Positions 38,476-50,112 of a DNA stretch of 64,000 nucleotides are shown in pieces. This DNA comes from Hamiltosporidium tvaerminnensis FI-OER-3-3 (Eukaryota > Fungi > Microsporidia): contig CM061251.1 of the NCBI GenBank assembly GCA_022605425.2, forward strand, positions 558,001 to 622,000, written 5' to 3'. Numbering within the stretch: position 1 is the stretch's first letter; every line of letters starts with the position of its first letter. The notes beneath the pieces were generated by a model. The model did not search any database. It was not told the origin of the DNA and was given only the letters and a program-made list of their open reading frames with translations. A program made the position numbers and the translations under genes.

Positions 38476-39687
38476 ATGAACAAAGATATGAAAATACATT
38501 CTTTTAAATCCTTACTGAAAATATTTCCTTTGGTTTTTATTCTTTCTTGTTTTTTTAACGCAATAAACAATTTGAATTTTATTCAAATATTGAATCCGTT
38601 TAGAACATTTCCTATCCGTATTATTATATCCTCTATTTTTTATCTGACTTACCAACATTTTTTAAATACCACCGTTCCTACTTTTTCATATAAAAATGTA
38701 TATTTTGTAACTCAACTTACACTTCTTTTCATTTCACATTTATTTTATATCCCACCGTATATCTTAAAAGAAAATATATTTTATACAATAATTCTTATTT
38801 CTATCTCAACTCCTCTCCACCATGTTTCATTTTCCTTGATTTACACTCAAAATATTGGATTATTCAAATATTTACAAAAAGAAAGAAAAAGAATCGTTAT
38901 GGTGACAGTAAGAAATACAAAAATACTTTTTATTTCTTTTTTTACCCTAACATTTATAATATCTGTTTATAATTCACTTATTTACATCTCTTTAATATTT
39001 TTAATAATATTTTTTATGAATCTACATTTCTATATCACCAATACTCTTTACATATACACATATAGTTTATTTAACAAGTCACTTCTGTCCCCTCTAAGTA
39101 TTTCTTATATAAGCAATCCAATCACACAAATTCGTAGATTTTATTTTAATCAATATTTACAGCAATCACTTACCTATAATAACGTTTATTTGAGTAGTAA
39201 AATATCAGAAAATATTATTTTATTTTATAAAATTGAATTACAAAAATGTATAACCCTTCTATCAAATCTCAAAAATGTTTCTAATAATTTTAATATGAGT
39301 AAATATACTTTAATACCGTTAGTAATTAAAAAAGAAAATAAAATTTTTGAAAAAAATAATTCTTTAAAAGAATCTAAAGATATGGTTTTTATTAAAAAAG
39401 TACGAAAATGGAATTTTTTTAATATTTTTGTTGAATATGTAAAATATAGAATACAATTGCATTTTATACTTCAGGAGTATAATGGATGTATTTTTTATTT
39501 AAAGGAAAGCTTAGTTTATTTTAAAAAAATGAGAAAAGAAAAAGATCCGTTTGGGTTGGTAGATGTGTTTATTAAGGATGTAAAAAATTCTATGAGTGTA
39601 TTTTTTGAGACGGGTGTGGCGGTACAAGAAGAAATCAAAATTAATTTAAGTGTATCTGTTCTTTTTAAAGATTATGAAATGGTTTGA
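38476..39687 (+). CDS. Multi-pass membrane protein, possibly nucleoporin Ndc1
   Basis: About six N-terminal hydrophobic segments, then a soluble C-terminal half with EKDPFGLV resembling the Ndc1 ED.(F/Y)GVVQ motif; CCCCC upstream. Confidence 0.5.
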   Translation: MNKDMKIHSFKSLLKIFPLVFILSCFFNAINNLNFIQILNPFRTFPIRIIISSIFYLTYQHFLNTTVPTFSYKNVYFVTQLTLLFISHLFYIPPYILKENIFYTIILISISTPLHHVSFSLIYTQNIGLFKYLQKERKRIVMVTVRNTKILFISFFTLTFIISVYNSLIYISLIFLIIFFMNLHFYITNTLYIYTYSLFNKSLLSPLSISYISNPITQIRRFYFNQYLQQSLTYNNVYLSSKISENIILFYKIELQKCITLLSNLKNVSNNFNMSKYTLIPLVIKKENKIFEKNNSLKESKDMVFIKKVRKWNFFNIFVEYVKYRIQLHFILQEYNGCIFYLKESLVYFKKMRKEKDPFGLVDVFIKDVKNSMSVFFETGVAVQEEIKINLSVSVLFKDYEMV

Positions 39688-39766
39688 TAGTGATACAAGA
39701 AGAAATCAAAATTAATTTGAGTGTATCTGTTCTTTTTAAAGATTATGAAATGGTTTGATAGTGATA
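39623..39766. repeat. 71-bp tandem duplication spanning the stop codon
   Basis: TACAAGAAGAAATC...GGTTTGATAGTGA at 39623 and 39694, one mismatch. Confidence 0.95.
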
Positions 39767-41416
39767 GTTATTAAAAATAATTTTATGAGTTAATCTTGTT
39801 TCTAAATGTTGCCTTTTTTATTTTATACTCTGTTTTTTTATCACTAAGTTTTTATTTTTTTCAAAGTATATTATTAAAAGTCTATGTTTTACTTTGAAGA
39901 AGATGTTTCGATTATAAGAAAAATTAAAATATTTATACGTTACTAATTACTAAAACCAAAATTTGTAATCCAAGCCTTTGAGAGTATTTATATTTCTAAA
40001 CAAATATAAAAGACAAATTAAATTTCGATAGTATATTTTTAAAAGAGATATCTTCTATAGCCTAATAAAGTATATTGGCTTAACCATATAATGAAATTCT
40101 AAAACAATGCTTAGTTTTTTTCGGTTTTTTTTATAAACTTTCTTTAATTCTACTATGCATTAGATTAAGAGTCTATCGGCAATTAATAAGTATCCAAAAA
40201 AACTTAATTAAGTGTATTGTGAATTTAATATGAGTTCTCTTGATCTAATTTAGAAATACAAATTTAAATTCCAATCAAATATAAAAGCAGTGAATTAAAC
40301 GACAGATATTTAAAATCTATTTATTTTAGTGATCAATTTGCCGAAGCAATTAAATTTCATGATGTAAACCAACAGCCGTCATTTGGTAATATAAAGTCCT
40401 AAAACCAATCTTACTATAATCTAATATAATTTAAAATTAAATCTGCAAAAAAATAGAGCTATAATATTCAGAGAGATTAGAATGTTAGGTAAAGAATATA
40501 AGCTATTGGTTTAAAATATAACGAATCAGATAAACAACTCAATATTTCATATTTAAATAATATTTTTAATCACCTGGCTATAAACATTGATCTGTTAAGA
40601 AAGGTTTACCCACGTAAAGAATAGTACAAGAGGCTAAGTATCAACAATCAGCGTACTTTTAGTTGAAACAAACAAATTTTTTTCCAAGAATAACCATCGT
40701 TATCGAAATATTGGCCTCAAATACGCCCATCCTTTTATATCGATACATATTTGTAAATTCTGAAACCTAAGATAAAAAAATATTATAATACTCTTCGAGC
40801 TACACAAATCAAACATTTACTTGAATTTTTGACAAAATAATAAAAAAATAGAGAATAATTACATTTGATTGCAAAATTTTAATAACAATTTTTAAAATGA
40901 AGTTCCAAAATATCATAAATTATTTGTTCATCTATATTAATAAACTATAAAAATAACCGTTTCGAATCTACTTTTCATTAAAGAGATATAAAAGAAGAAG
41001 AACTCTAAAAAAAAATGTAAATTTTATTTTTATAAAAATATATTACAAAAATTCCTAAATACAATATATTAGCAATCACTATACTTTTTTACACACGTTA
41101 ACCAGTAAAAGAAAGTATAAATTACTAAATATAAAGAAATATTTAAATATCTACATACTCATAAATGAATAGTGATTTTTACAGTTAATAAACACACATG
41201 TATTCTAAATATGATTACTTACATATTTCATTCTCAATATAATCAATTATATTAATACAATTAATAAAGTATTAAAGAAGTAAAAACCATTGTAAATTTA
41301 AAGAAGATTTTATTAAAATGAATTTAGTTTGATTTAGGAGGTAAAATAAAATAAAAATTAATTTCTTTTAATATATCACCTCTAATATTCCCATTGAATA
41401 TTTCAAATATACTTAC

Positions 41417-41586
41417 TTATATCATTCTAACTGAATGTGATTTACTTTACTCAATTCTCTTACCCTATTCTTACTCAACATTATAATCTCCAATGCATTA
41501 TATCATTCTAACTGAATGTGATTTACTTTACTCAATTCTCTTACCCTATTCTAAGTCAATCTTATATATCTCCAATGCATTATATC
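41417..41586. repeat. ~81-bp tandem repeat, 2 copies
   Basis: TTATATCATTCTAACTGAATGTG.. at 41417 and 41498. Confidence 0.9.
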
Positions 41587-41612
41587 CTTTTACTCACTAA
41601 TTTTTTATTCTT

Positions 41613-44585
41613 TTACTTAGAAAATATTTTGACTAACTTTTTATTTGAACCTTTTAATATAACTTGGTTACTATGTGTTTTACCATAAAACTCATCTTTA
41701 AATACTTTGAAACAAAATGTGTTATCATCAATAAAATAAAAGTCTTTTTTATACTTACTAAGATTATTATAACTTAAGACACTGTAATAAGGCAAAGTAT
41801 TATATTTATCTGTAAAATATTCAATTGATACTTTATGAGGTATAATAAGATATTCTATAGGAATAATACCATATCTATAATTAACAGGTACTCCACTATC
41901 CTTACTGGTTACTGTAAACAATATTTCTTGAAATAAAACTTCGTAAGAATATTGTATTACTTTTAATAACTGAGGTGTTGATATTCTATAGGATTCTATG
42001 GTATTTGAGTTTATATAATAGGAAATATCGAATGGCTCGTTAACACCCTCTATAAGTAAGTATAATACTTTATTTCTTATTATTAGTTTTGAGGTAACTA
42101 AAGGGGTGTTAAGTACTGTTATAAATTTATCTTTATGTTTCTTATCTTTAATGGGTGTTGATGTATTGGGATCAATGGTGGGAGTTATTTGTGAGTTTTG
42201 ACACTCATCTGGGCTTTTAATATCTTCTTTATTACTTTTATTATCACTAGGACTTTTGTTTTTGGTGCTTATTTCACTGGGAATATACTCTTTGTATCTC
42301 TTTTTAATTTCTAAAGCACTGCTGATTTTAAAATTAGTAAGTTTTTCAAGAATACTTTCTTTAACTGGTGTTTCTTCAGTAGAAACTTCTTTACGGCTGA
42401 CTTTATTAGGATTACAAATAATAAATCTTTCTATTTTTTCTCTCTTCAGATAATTTGGATGTGAGAATTCATTAATATTGCTGGTCATCTCTTCATTATT
42501 ATCTTTGTTAGTATCTCTAATAGCATCTTTTTTGATATCTTCATTATAATCTCTGATAGTATTCATATTAATCTCTTTTTTGTCTGTAGAATTTTTATTT
42601 GTAATATTTTTATCTTTAAAGTTATGGTTGTTGGTTTCTTTAATAATATCTTTATCAATATAATTGGTGTTTGTAAATTCAACCCAATCTTTGAATCCTT
42701 CTAACGTATTTTTCTCTTTTAAAACTTTAAGAATTATACCGCACAGTTCGTTTACTCTTTTATATTCTCTGCCTATAAATTTAAGTTTTTCTTCTATCTT
42801 ATTCCTATCTAATATTCCTTTTATAAACATACAGACATAATATTTTACTAATGCGTGTTTTATACTTTCATCCTCAATACTTTCATAAGATTCTATCATC
42901 TCTTCTATTTTCGTGTCAGTTTCTAAGTCTGATTTGATGTGTGTTTTTACGTTTGAGTAAAGAAATAGAACATTTTTGATAATAAAAGACTGATTGGTGA
43001 TAAATTTAGTATAGATGGATGTGTATGTAGATGTAGGTGTGCTGTAATGCATTCCGTTACATATTCTTATAAAATTTGCCAACACTTTCTCAATAAACAC
43101 AGAAAAGGATTGATTGAATGGAAATCTAGGTAATAGAAGATTCAGTGATTCTTTGGGATGGGTAGTCAGACAATATATAAAAACTTCTTCTAAACAAAAA
43201 CAGTGGCTTATAAGTATTTCTAAACATAAAAGTGATAAATCATTTCTCTTGTATAAAAATAGTATTTCATTTGTAAGAATATTATTGGCTTGGAATATTT
43301 TGCTTAAATTTTCATGTTTCTTAAAATTTTGTAACAATGAAAGTATTTCTAGCTTTTCTTTTATTATTTCATAAAAATCTTCTATGTTTATTAGAAGATA
43401 ATCTGATATGTTTATACCTTCGGGTATTTTATTCTTAATATCTTTAGTATTTTCGGTTTCAGTTATAAATTCTTTAGTATTTGTGTTCTTGACGTATATA
43501 TTTTTTATAGTGCGATGTAGTACTTTTAGTATTTCTAAGTCTATTTGTTGATCTTTTTCGGATAATGAAAAAAGCACATAAATAGTGTTATTAATAATTT
43601 TGGTCGTTGTGATATCCTGATTACACATATCTGATTTTTCAGTGAGGTAGGTTTGGTCATTTAAATGTAAACAAAGCAGTATTTCACCGGTAATTATAGA
43701 TATTTCTGTATCTGAAAGACACAAAAATTTTGTAAGAGTTTCTTTGACAATTTTCATTTCGTTTAATTCAAAGGTTTCCTTTCTGTTATAAATAAAGTTT
43801 AGAAGAATGAGTATAGAAGCCTTAAGATATTTGGTATTTGAAATTAATTCTATACAAGAGGTATTATCTCTATGAAAATATAAATTATGAGCCATGTATA
43901 AAAGATGAAATATTTCGTGATTAGGAAGTACTTTATACTTAGGTTCTATGTGTAACAGAGTCGTAAGAGAATTATATCGAACAATTGGTTCCTTATCGTA
44001 ACACATTTGTACAAGAATGTCGCCTAATGAAGTATTTTTATAAAATGTCTCTGGATGAATAAAAAAGTACTTCGGAAGAACTTGAGCTATAGAAGATCGA
44101 ATTTCTGGCGAAAAATGCTTGCTGTTTTTTATAAGTGGTTGTATAAAATAAGAAAGTATAGCAGTATCTGTAAAATACCCAGTCGTTGCAATTGCCATTT
44201 GCTTAATTAAAATATCCGTATCGTATAAATCTTTAAGAAGTGTATTAACTGATAACAAAAGAATGGCTGTATTGGATTGCGAATATGTAATCAAATAAAT
44301 GTTAGTAAGAAGCTTTAGGAAAGGATCGGTCGAATCTGTAAGCGGAACAATGTGTGGAAAAAGAAAGGACATGTTATAATTTTGATTGGCTAGACATATA
44401 ATTGTTTGCATGGCTTTTTTTACTTTTTGCATATTTTTAGAAGCTAAATTCTTGTTTATTTGAACGGTTATTTCCTTGTCTGGCGTTTGGTTTAATTGTT
44501 CGGGTAGCTTTTTGTATTCTATAAATTCTTGTCTAGATATAAGTTTGTTTGTTACATCTTTTAATGTCGAGTTTTTCAGCAGCAT
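41613..44585 (-). CDS. Beta-adaptin (AP complex beta subunit)
   Basis: Adaptin-N motifs MSFLFPHIV, LKLLTNIYL..Y, LLSVNTLLKDL.D, DKEPIVRYN; low-complexity hinge. Confidence 0.85.
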   Translation of the reverse strand: MLLKNSTLKDVTNKLISRQEFIEYKKLPEQLNQTPDKEITVQINKNLASKNMQKVKKAMQTIICLANQNYNMSFLFPHIVPLTDSTDPFLKLLTNIYLITYSQSNTAILLLSVNTLLKDLYDTDILIKQMAIATTGYFTDTAILSYFIQPLIKNSKHFSPEIRSSIAQVLPKYFFIHPETFYKNTSLGDILVQMCYDKEPIVRYNSLTTLLHIEPKYKVLPNHEIFHLLYMAHNLYFHRDNTSCIELISNTKYLKASILILLNFIYNRKETFELNEMKIVKETLTKFLCLSDTEISIITGEILLCLHLNDQTYLTEKSDMCNQDITTTKIINNTIYVLFSLSEKDQQIDLEILKVLHRTIKNIYVKNTNTKEFITETENTKDIKNKIPEGINISDYLLINIEDFYEIIKEKLEILSLLQNFKKHENLSKIFQANNILTNEILFLYKRNDLSLLCLEILISHCFCLEEVFIYCLTTHPKESLNLLLPRFPFNQSFSVFIEKVLANFIRICNGMHYSTPTSTYTSIYTKFITNQSFIIKNVLFLYSNVKTHIKSDLETDTKIEEMIESYESIEDESIKHALVKYYVCMFIKGILDRNKIEEKLKFIGREYKRVNELCGIILKVLKEKNTLEGFKDWVEFTNTNYIDKDIIKETNNHNFKDKNITNKNSTDKKEINMNTIRDYNEDIKKDAIRDTNKDNNEEMTSNINEFSHPNYLKREKIERFIICNPNKVSRKEVSTEETPVKESILEKLTNFKISSALEIKKRYKEYIPSEISTKNKSPSDNKSNKEDIKSPDECQNSQITPTIDPNTSTPIKDKKHKDKFITVLNTPLVTSKLIIRNKVLYLLIEGVNEPFDISYYINSNTIESYRISTPQLLKVIQYSYEVLFQEILFTVTSKDSGVPVNYRYGIIPIEYLIIPHKVSIEYFTDKYNTLPYYSVLSYNNLSKYKKDFYFIDDNTFCFKVFKDEFYGKTHSNQVILKGSNKKLVKIFSK

Positions 44586-45541
44586 CTTTCTTTGTTTTGT
44601 TTGTGTTGTTCGTTCTATTTATATAGTTTTCTAAAACAGTTTTGAAACTTTGATTCATATGAAACAAAAGTTGAATAAAAAAATCAAAAAAAAAATATTA
44701 AAATATTTGTTATTGCAGATTGGTAAGTCGTGTGTTTGAATATAAAAAAATATAACAAGTCTAGAAAGTTAATTACTAAAACTAGAATAATGTTTCACAT
44801 TATATAAGAGAAATACACAAAAAAAATATTTTTTTTGTAAATCAAGAATTAAAATAATTAATAAATCACACATTGATTACATTAGATGTTGAAATATTTA
44901 ACATAGATTATTATTTTTCGTTATTTTTAAATATTATTTTAGTGTCAAAAATAGGTTTCATAATGCCAGTATCTGCAAAATGTAAAATATTTATTATTAT
45001 ATTTGCTAATAACCACAAGTTAAATCTCTATTAATTTAGGTTTTAATAAAATTATAATTAGATAATTTTGTTCTATCTGTTCTTTCACGAAACCAAGAAA
45101 TATAAGATGAATGGAATGAGTATTTAACTATTATAATTTTCCGGTTTTCCAATGCAATTTTTTTTTTGAATCTTTATACTATTTTTTATTGATTTCAATC
45201 AGTAGTATATTAAAATGAAATTTAAATTTATTAAAGATTTAGAATGCTTAAGATTGATATAATGTAAAAATTAAAATACTACTTAGATTTCTATGGTTCT
45301 TTAATCACTTTCGATGGACAAATAAGATCATTAGAAAGCCAAAATTTTAAATGTTGTAATATTAAAATACATTTAAATCAATACTTAAAAAACAAAAAAT
45401 AGAGGTTTTACCAATAAAATTAAGAAGATGTTTTGCTTTGAATTTGTGATTGCTATATATTAATTTGTTATTTTATATACTTTAAAATTTAAAATTTAAT
45501 CAATAATACTTAGTTTGACTAAATTTTAAATTAACAAAACA

Positions 45542-46230
45542 GTAGAGGGAAGATAACCACATTAAAAACCAAATACTTAGCAATAATAAAATGAAATGGA
45601 AGGAAAATATATTGTTTAGATCTTTTTTTAAATGAAAACCCTATACGTTCTCGATTATCCTTAGAAATTTGTATGAAGAGGAGAAAGTGCACAAATAGTA
45701 TAATTGTTCCTGCAAAGTTAGTTTGTTCTTCTTTATATAACTAGATTTAAACTACAGTTAAAATTACAGGTGATTGCCATGCAAAGGCAAAAAAACATAG
45801 CTTTGCTCATTTATTTTAAAAGATTCGGTACCTTAAGATAGAAAAGTAAAAAAGATATAAAAGCCATTAGTGCCAAGTAAAATCTATACCAGTCCTTATA
45901 TGGTTGCAATATTTAGCTGCGCTATATCTAATTCACCAAGATATATCTTAGCTGAATCTCTAGGGTGTGTGAAAGGTGCAGATTAAAAAAGAATGCTACT
46001 GCTCTTCGAGGCTTGATCCAAGGAAGATTTCAACTTGCGATCATACACAATTAGAACACATATTAACGATGGCAGATAAATCCCTGCTCATAAAATAGTT
46101 TTGCACACTTTTTAGCCGAAAAGCATTGGAAATGTAAGTATTGTAGGAAATACCTATGGTGTGCTAGAGAGCATTTATCTATAGAAGCCTAGAACCGCGT
46201 TAATGTCAGAAAAACAATCTAACATATACT
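45542..46230 (+). repeat. Long copy L6 of dispersed non-coding family
   Basis: GTAGAGGGAAGATAACCACAT, TTTGTATGAAGAGGAGA, ATTGCCATG, ATTAACGA, GAGCATTTATCTAT, CCTAGAAC. Confidence 0.85.
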
Positions 46231-46515
46231 ATGTACATTTGATTTTATATCCATTAATAAAATATAGATGAATGTCTGACTAGAAAGTTCTTATAAGATA
46301 ATTCAAGATGTATTTAAAACACATTGAGTTTTTGGCGCGTAAAATTTCAATCGCATTTATATTTAAGTAAATTTCGAATTCCGATATCCATATTTATTGA
46401 ATGGAAATCTCTTTTTTACACTGTGAATTTATAAAATATTTGATTTTAAAAAAAATTAAAAACCAAAACGCGCATCCTTAATATTTATTTCTCAAAAATA
46501 TTTAAACCCTTCAAC

Positions 46516-47565
46516 ATGAACACACTACAATCATTGATTCAAAATAAAGATCATAAAGCTATTTCTTTGTTACCTTCACCCACCTATGATGTATATAAAG
46601 GTGTAGCATGTATTCATATGGAAAAATATAATGAAGCATTGAATTTTATCACTAAAAATTCTTATGAATATGCATATTGCTTGTATAAACTAAAGAATTA
46701 TAAAAAAAGTATTCGAATTTTGAAAAAGTTAGAGAATACACCAAAGGTTATGATTTTACTTTCTCAGTGTCTTTATTATCTTGGATATTATAATGGTGCA
46801 TATGAAATATTATCTGGTTTAAGTTCTGATGATGAAATTGTAGTAAATATTTCTGCAATCAAAAGCATGGCAATTTATTCAAGTAGAGGATCGATAAATG
46901 AGAGACTTGGATTATCCAGTAAAGATATTTTTAATTCTAAATTTATAGATTTTAGTAGATATAAGTTTACAGATACAGAATGTCACAATGAATATTTATT
47001 TAATCAAACCTTTGAATATATGAATGATAAAGAAGAATATTTGAAAGAATTGCAATCTGTTTCTGAAAATAATTTGTTGGTAAAAAATCAAATTAAAAAT
47101 GTAAACGGTGAATTTTCTGAACTTGATTCGGTAAAATTGACGAGATTACAAAGAGAAGTTTTAGAATTAAATATGAAAAAAACAAAAATTATTTCTAAGC
47201 CCACACATTTTCTATGCAATGCATTTGAAATTGAAGATTTAAACGAATTTAAAAGTCTTGAACTCAATGCAAATTCTTTTTATTGTTATTTATACCTTGC
47301 AAGTAAAAATTTATATTCTTTAGATTTGTTACCAATATTTGAAAACAAAAGAGAAAAACTTAAATTACTTTACAATTATATTCATTACAAAGGAGGAAAT
47401 TCTAAAAACACTGATTCTGTTAATTCAACTGGAAAAAAATTATCTGAAAAAGATGTTAAGACGGCATTAAAACTTCTAAAAATTAATAAAAAATTCGATA
47501 AAAAACCGAATAAATTATTTGAAAGACGACTGAAACTTTTTATAAAAAAATTAATTGTTAAGTGA
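46516..47565 (+). CDS. SRP72: SRP72-like TPR protein (copy 2)
   Basis: Differs from 13441-14490 at six residues. Confidence 0.7.
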   Translation: MNTLQSLIQNKDHKAISLLPSPTYDVYKGVACIHMEKYNEALNFITKNSYEYAYCLYKLKNYKKSIRILKKLENTPKVMILLSQCLYYLGYYNGAYEILSGLSSDDEIVVNISAIKSMAIYSSRGSINERLGLSSKDIFNSKFIDFSRYKFTDTECHNEYLFNQTFEYMNDKEEYLKELQSVSENNLLVKNQIKNVNGEFSELDSVKLTRLQREVLELNMKKTKIISKPTHFLCNAFEIEDLNEFKSLELNANSFYCYLYLASKNLYSLDLLPIFENKREKLKLLYNYIHYKGGNSKNTDSVNSTGKKLSEKDVKTALKLLKINKKFDKKPNKLFERRLKLFIKKLIVK

Positions 47566-47880
47566 TTAAAGTTATGAGTTTGAATTATGTTCCAATGAAT
47601 AAAACTTATGTTTGGTAAATTTATTTATTTATTTTTATGTTTTTTAAGCTCTTTATTCAATAACAAAGTAGGTTTATGTTATTAGCTTATTGAGTGACTT
47701 GCTGTTACTATTAATTTCTTAGTAATAAAATTTAAAATGTAATAATCGAAATAAGTATTTTTAAAAAATTGAAGCACAGAATTAAAATAAATTTATTTCT
47801 ATTTACATCGTTTTATAAGTTAAAATTACAAAAATGAAAATTAAAATACATCAACCATTTATTTTGATGTTTTTTTCGAT

Positions 47881-48588
47881 AAATAGCATATTTTATATAA
47901 AGATGGCACATCTTATATGGCTTTCAAAAAATTAACGCAGGTTTAAGATTCTCCTAAATTATTTTTCGTAACTTTACATCAGTATTCGTCTGTGATACCT
48001 ACATTTAAATGCTTTACAACTACATCTATGTAAACACAGATTGGCAAGGTAGCAGCGGGTTTTAATAAATAACGTTGCCTAGAGTGTGATCTAAGATTGA
48101 AACCTATTTTGGATTCGCTTATAACTAGCATCATTCACAGTTACTTTACACTTTCTGACAGAATAGACTATTACCAGGATATTGCTCTTCACTAACCGAG
48201 AGTTATTATAGAGGTTCTAATACCTTCTAACTAGTTTAACATGCTACTTGGCATTCCGGGATGTAAAAGCGTATTATTTTTGTATTTGAAAGGCGCTGAG
48301 CTTTGTAACTATTGAGAAAAAAGCCAGAAGTGCATTTTTTTTATTGTAAATTACCTACATCTAATCTCTTGGTTTATAAATTTAGTCACATAAAAACCTA
48401 CAACGAACTTTGTAGATAATTTTCAATCAATGTATTAATCTTTCTTTATCAAAAAGATATTCGTTTGCAAAAGATCAAAATTCAAACTAATTCCATTCTA
48501 CAGAAATCAAAACATTAAAATACATATCGATTTAGATTAATTATTACCAATCAAATAGTTTTTTTATTCATTGATTTTTTTTTCTACA
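47881..48588 (-). repeat. Long copy L7 (inverted, most diverged) of dispersed non-coding family
   Basis: Reverse-complement blocks ATTAACGCAG, GATACCTAC, GTGTGATC, TTACTTTACACTTTCTGA, GGCGCT, AATTACCTACAT, CTACAA..TTGTAG at the expected spacing. Confidence 0.7.
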
Positions 48589-48648
48589 GAACAATCAGAT
48601 ATAATAAATACATTTAAAAATTTAATTTTTGAAATCCTTTGATACAAA

Positions 48649-48858
48649 ATGTTATTTAAAATAGATTCTGAAAATATTATTAAAGTACTGAAAGAAACAG
48701 AAGATTCTGTAAAAAACTCAGATATAGATATGATAGAGGTTGAGAATTTTTATAATGATAATTGTATCAAAATTGATACAACAACTTTTAAAGCTAATAA
48801 ATATGAAAAACAATATTATGGAGAAGAATTGGAAAAGTTTCAATTTTTAAAAAATTAA
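48649..48858 (+). CDS. Small acidic hypothetical protein
   Basis: 69-aa ORF, ATCC..AAAATG context, protein-like composition. Confidence 0.5.
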   Translation: MLFKIDSENIIKVLKETEDSVKNSDIDMIEVENFYNDNCIKIDTTTFKANKYEKQYYGEELEKFQFLKN

Positions 48859-50112
48859 AAACTCAATATTTTTTCAGTAATTTTGTTTTAATTTTTAGCG
48901 AAAGAAATAAAATTTTTTTTTGTCATGAAATTTTCTTTTAAAAAAGATCGATTTTAACAAAATTTCAATTAATTAATAGATGTTTCTTTTTTAGCTAAAA
49001 ATTTATTAGAGTATCTATTCTAACTTAAAATTAATCTTATAATCATAAAGCAACATTTTTTAGTTGGCGGTTATAAACTGTTTTGAAAAAAATCGAAGGA
49101 TTTCAAACGATTTATTTGAGTGGTTACTTTATGAGTGACAAAAAAATCTACTGTAAAATCAAGTGTTAAAATGATTTCCAAGGGCAGATAAATTCGTTTA
49201 ATCAGGAAAACTAGTTCCGAATGTGAAAATATTGCATATTTGGATGTATTTTAAAATTTATTTGTCTATACCTTCAATTATATTTTATACATGAGTAAAG
49301 TTTTACATTGCAATTCTAGAGTTAAAATCAAAATAAAAATATTGAGTAATTAATTCGCTTAACCTACCCATATTCTCATCTATTCATAATAATAACTAAA
49401 TCCCAAAGAATAATGCCTATAAATTATTTTAATGACATCATAATCACATATTAAATTGCAGAATAAAAAAATTCTACCAGCGGTATACAAATAAATCAAA
49501 TTAAGGAAGACGATTTCCCTTTTTAAGCTCAATCAAAAACCACAATATTCCATATAATTCCAAATAAGAATCAATATATAACTTCACATAGAAAAAAAAT
49601 ATTTGATAAACAATTAAAAGATAAGAATCATATTTGAATTTCAAAAAAATAGAATATCGAGTATAGCAATTTTAGAATCGCAGAAAAAAATTGAGAAATA
49701 ACAAGGCACAATAATATCATATAAATCAAATCTAGTTGTGCCTTTTGGATTTATTTAACCTTAAATTTATGTGTAAATGCCGTTTATTTTAAGCTAATTA
49801 CGAGCTTTTGCAAAAAAGGCCTATAATATATTTTATTTTAAAATTATGTATTTTAGTATAAAGAGTAGAAGTTTTGTAAATTTTTATAACTAAGTCTGTA
49901 TTTCTAGATATAATAAAATCTAATTAAAAGATAATATGTTCAGTTACCTATAAGTTAACTGTAAATTACTTAAATTTTTAATAAAATATTTATTCATTGA
50001 AAAAAATTAATTAAAAAATCTTCTTTTCTAATTTTTAGAGATAAAAAGCATTTTTTAATTAAATTGTTTTCTATATAAAGAAAATATTAAAATCCTTCTT
50101 ATAAATTTTTTT

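Noticed and set aside
40150-40750. Possible eleventh, highly diverged element copy
   Set aside because: Only one weak block (~40460-40520) matches; needs a profile search.
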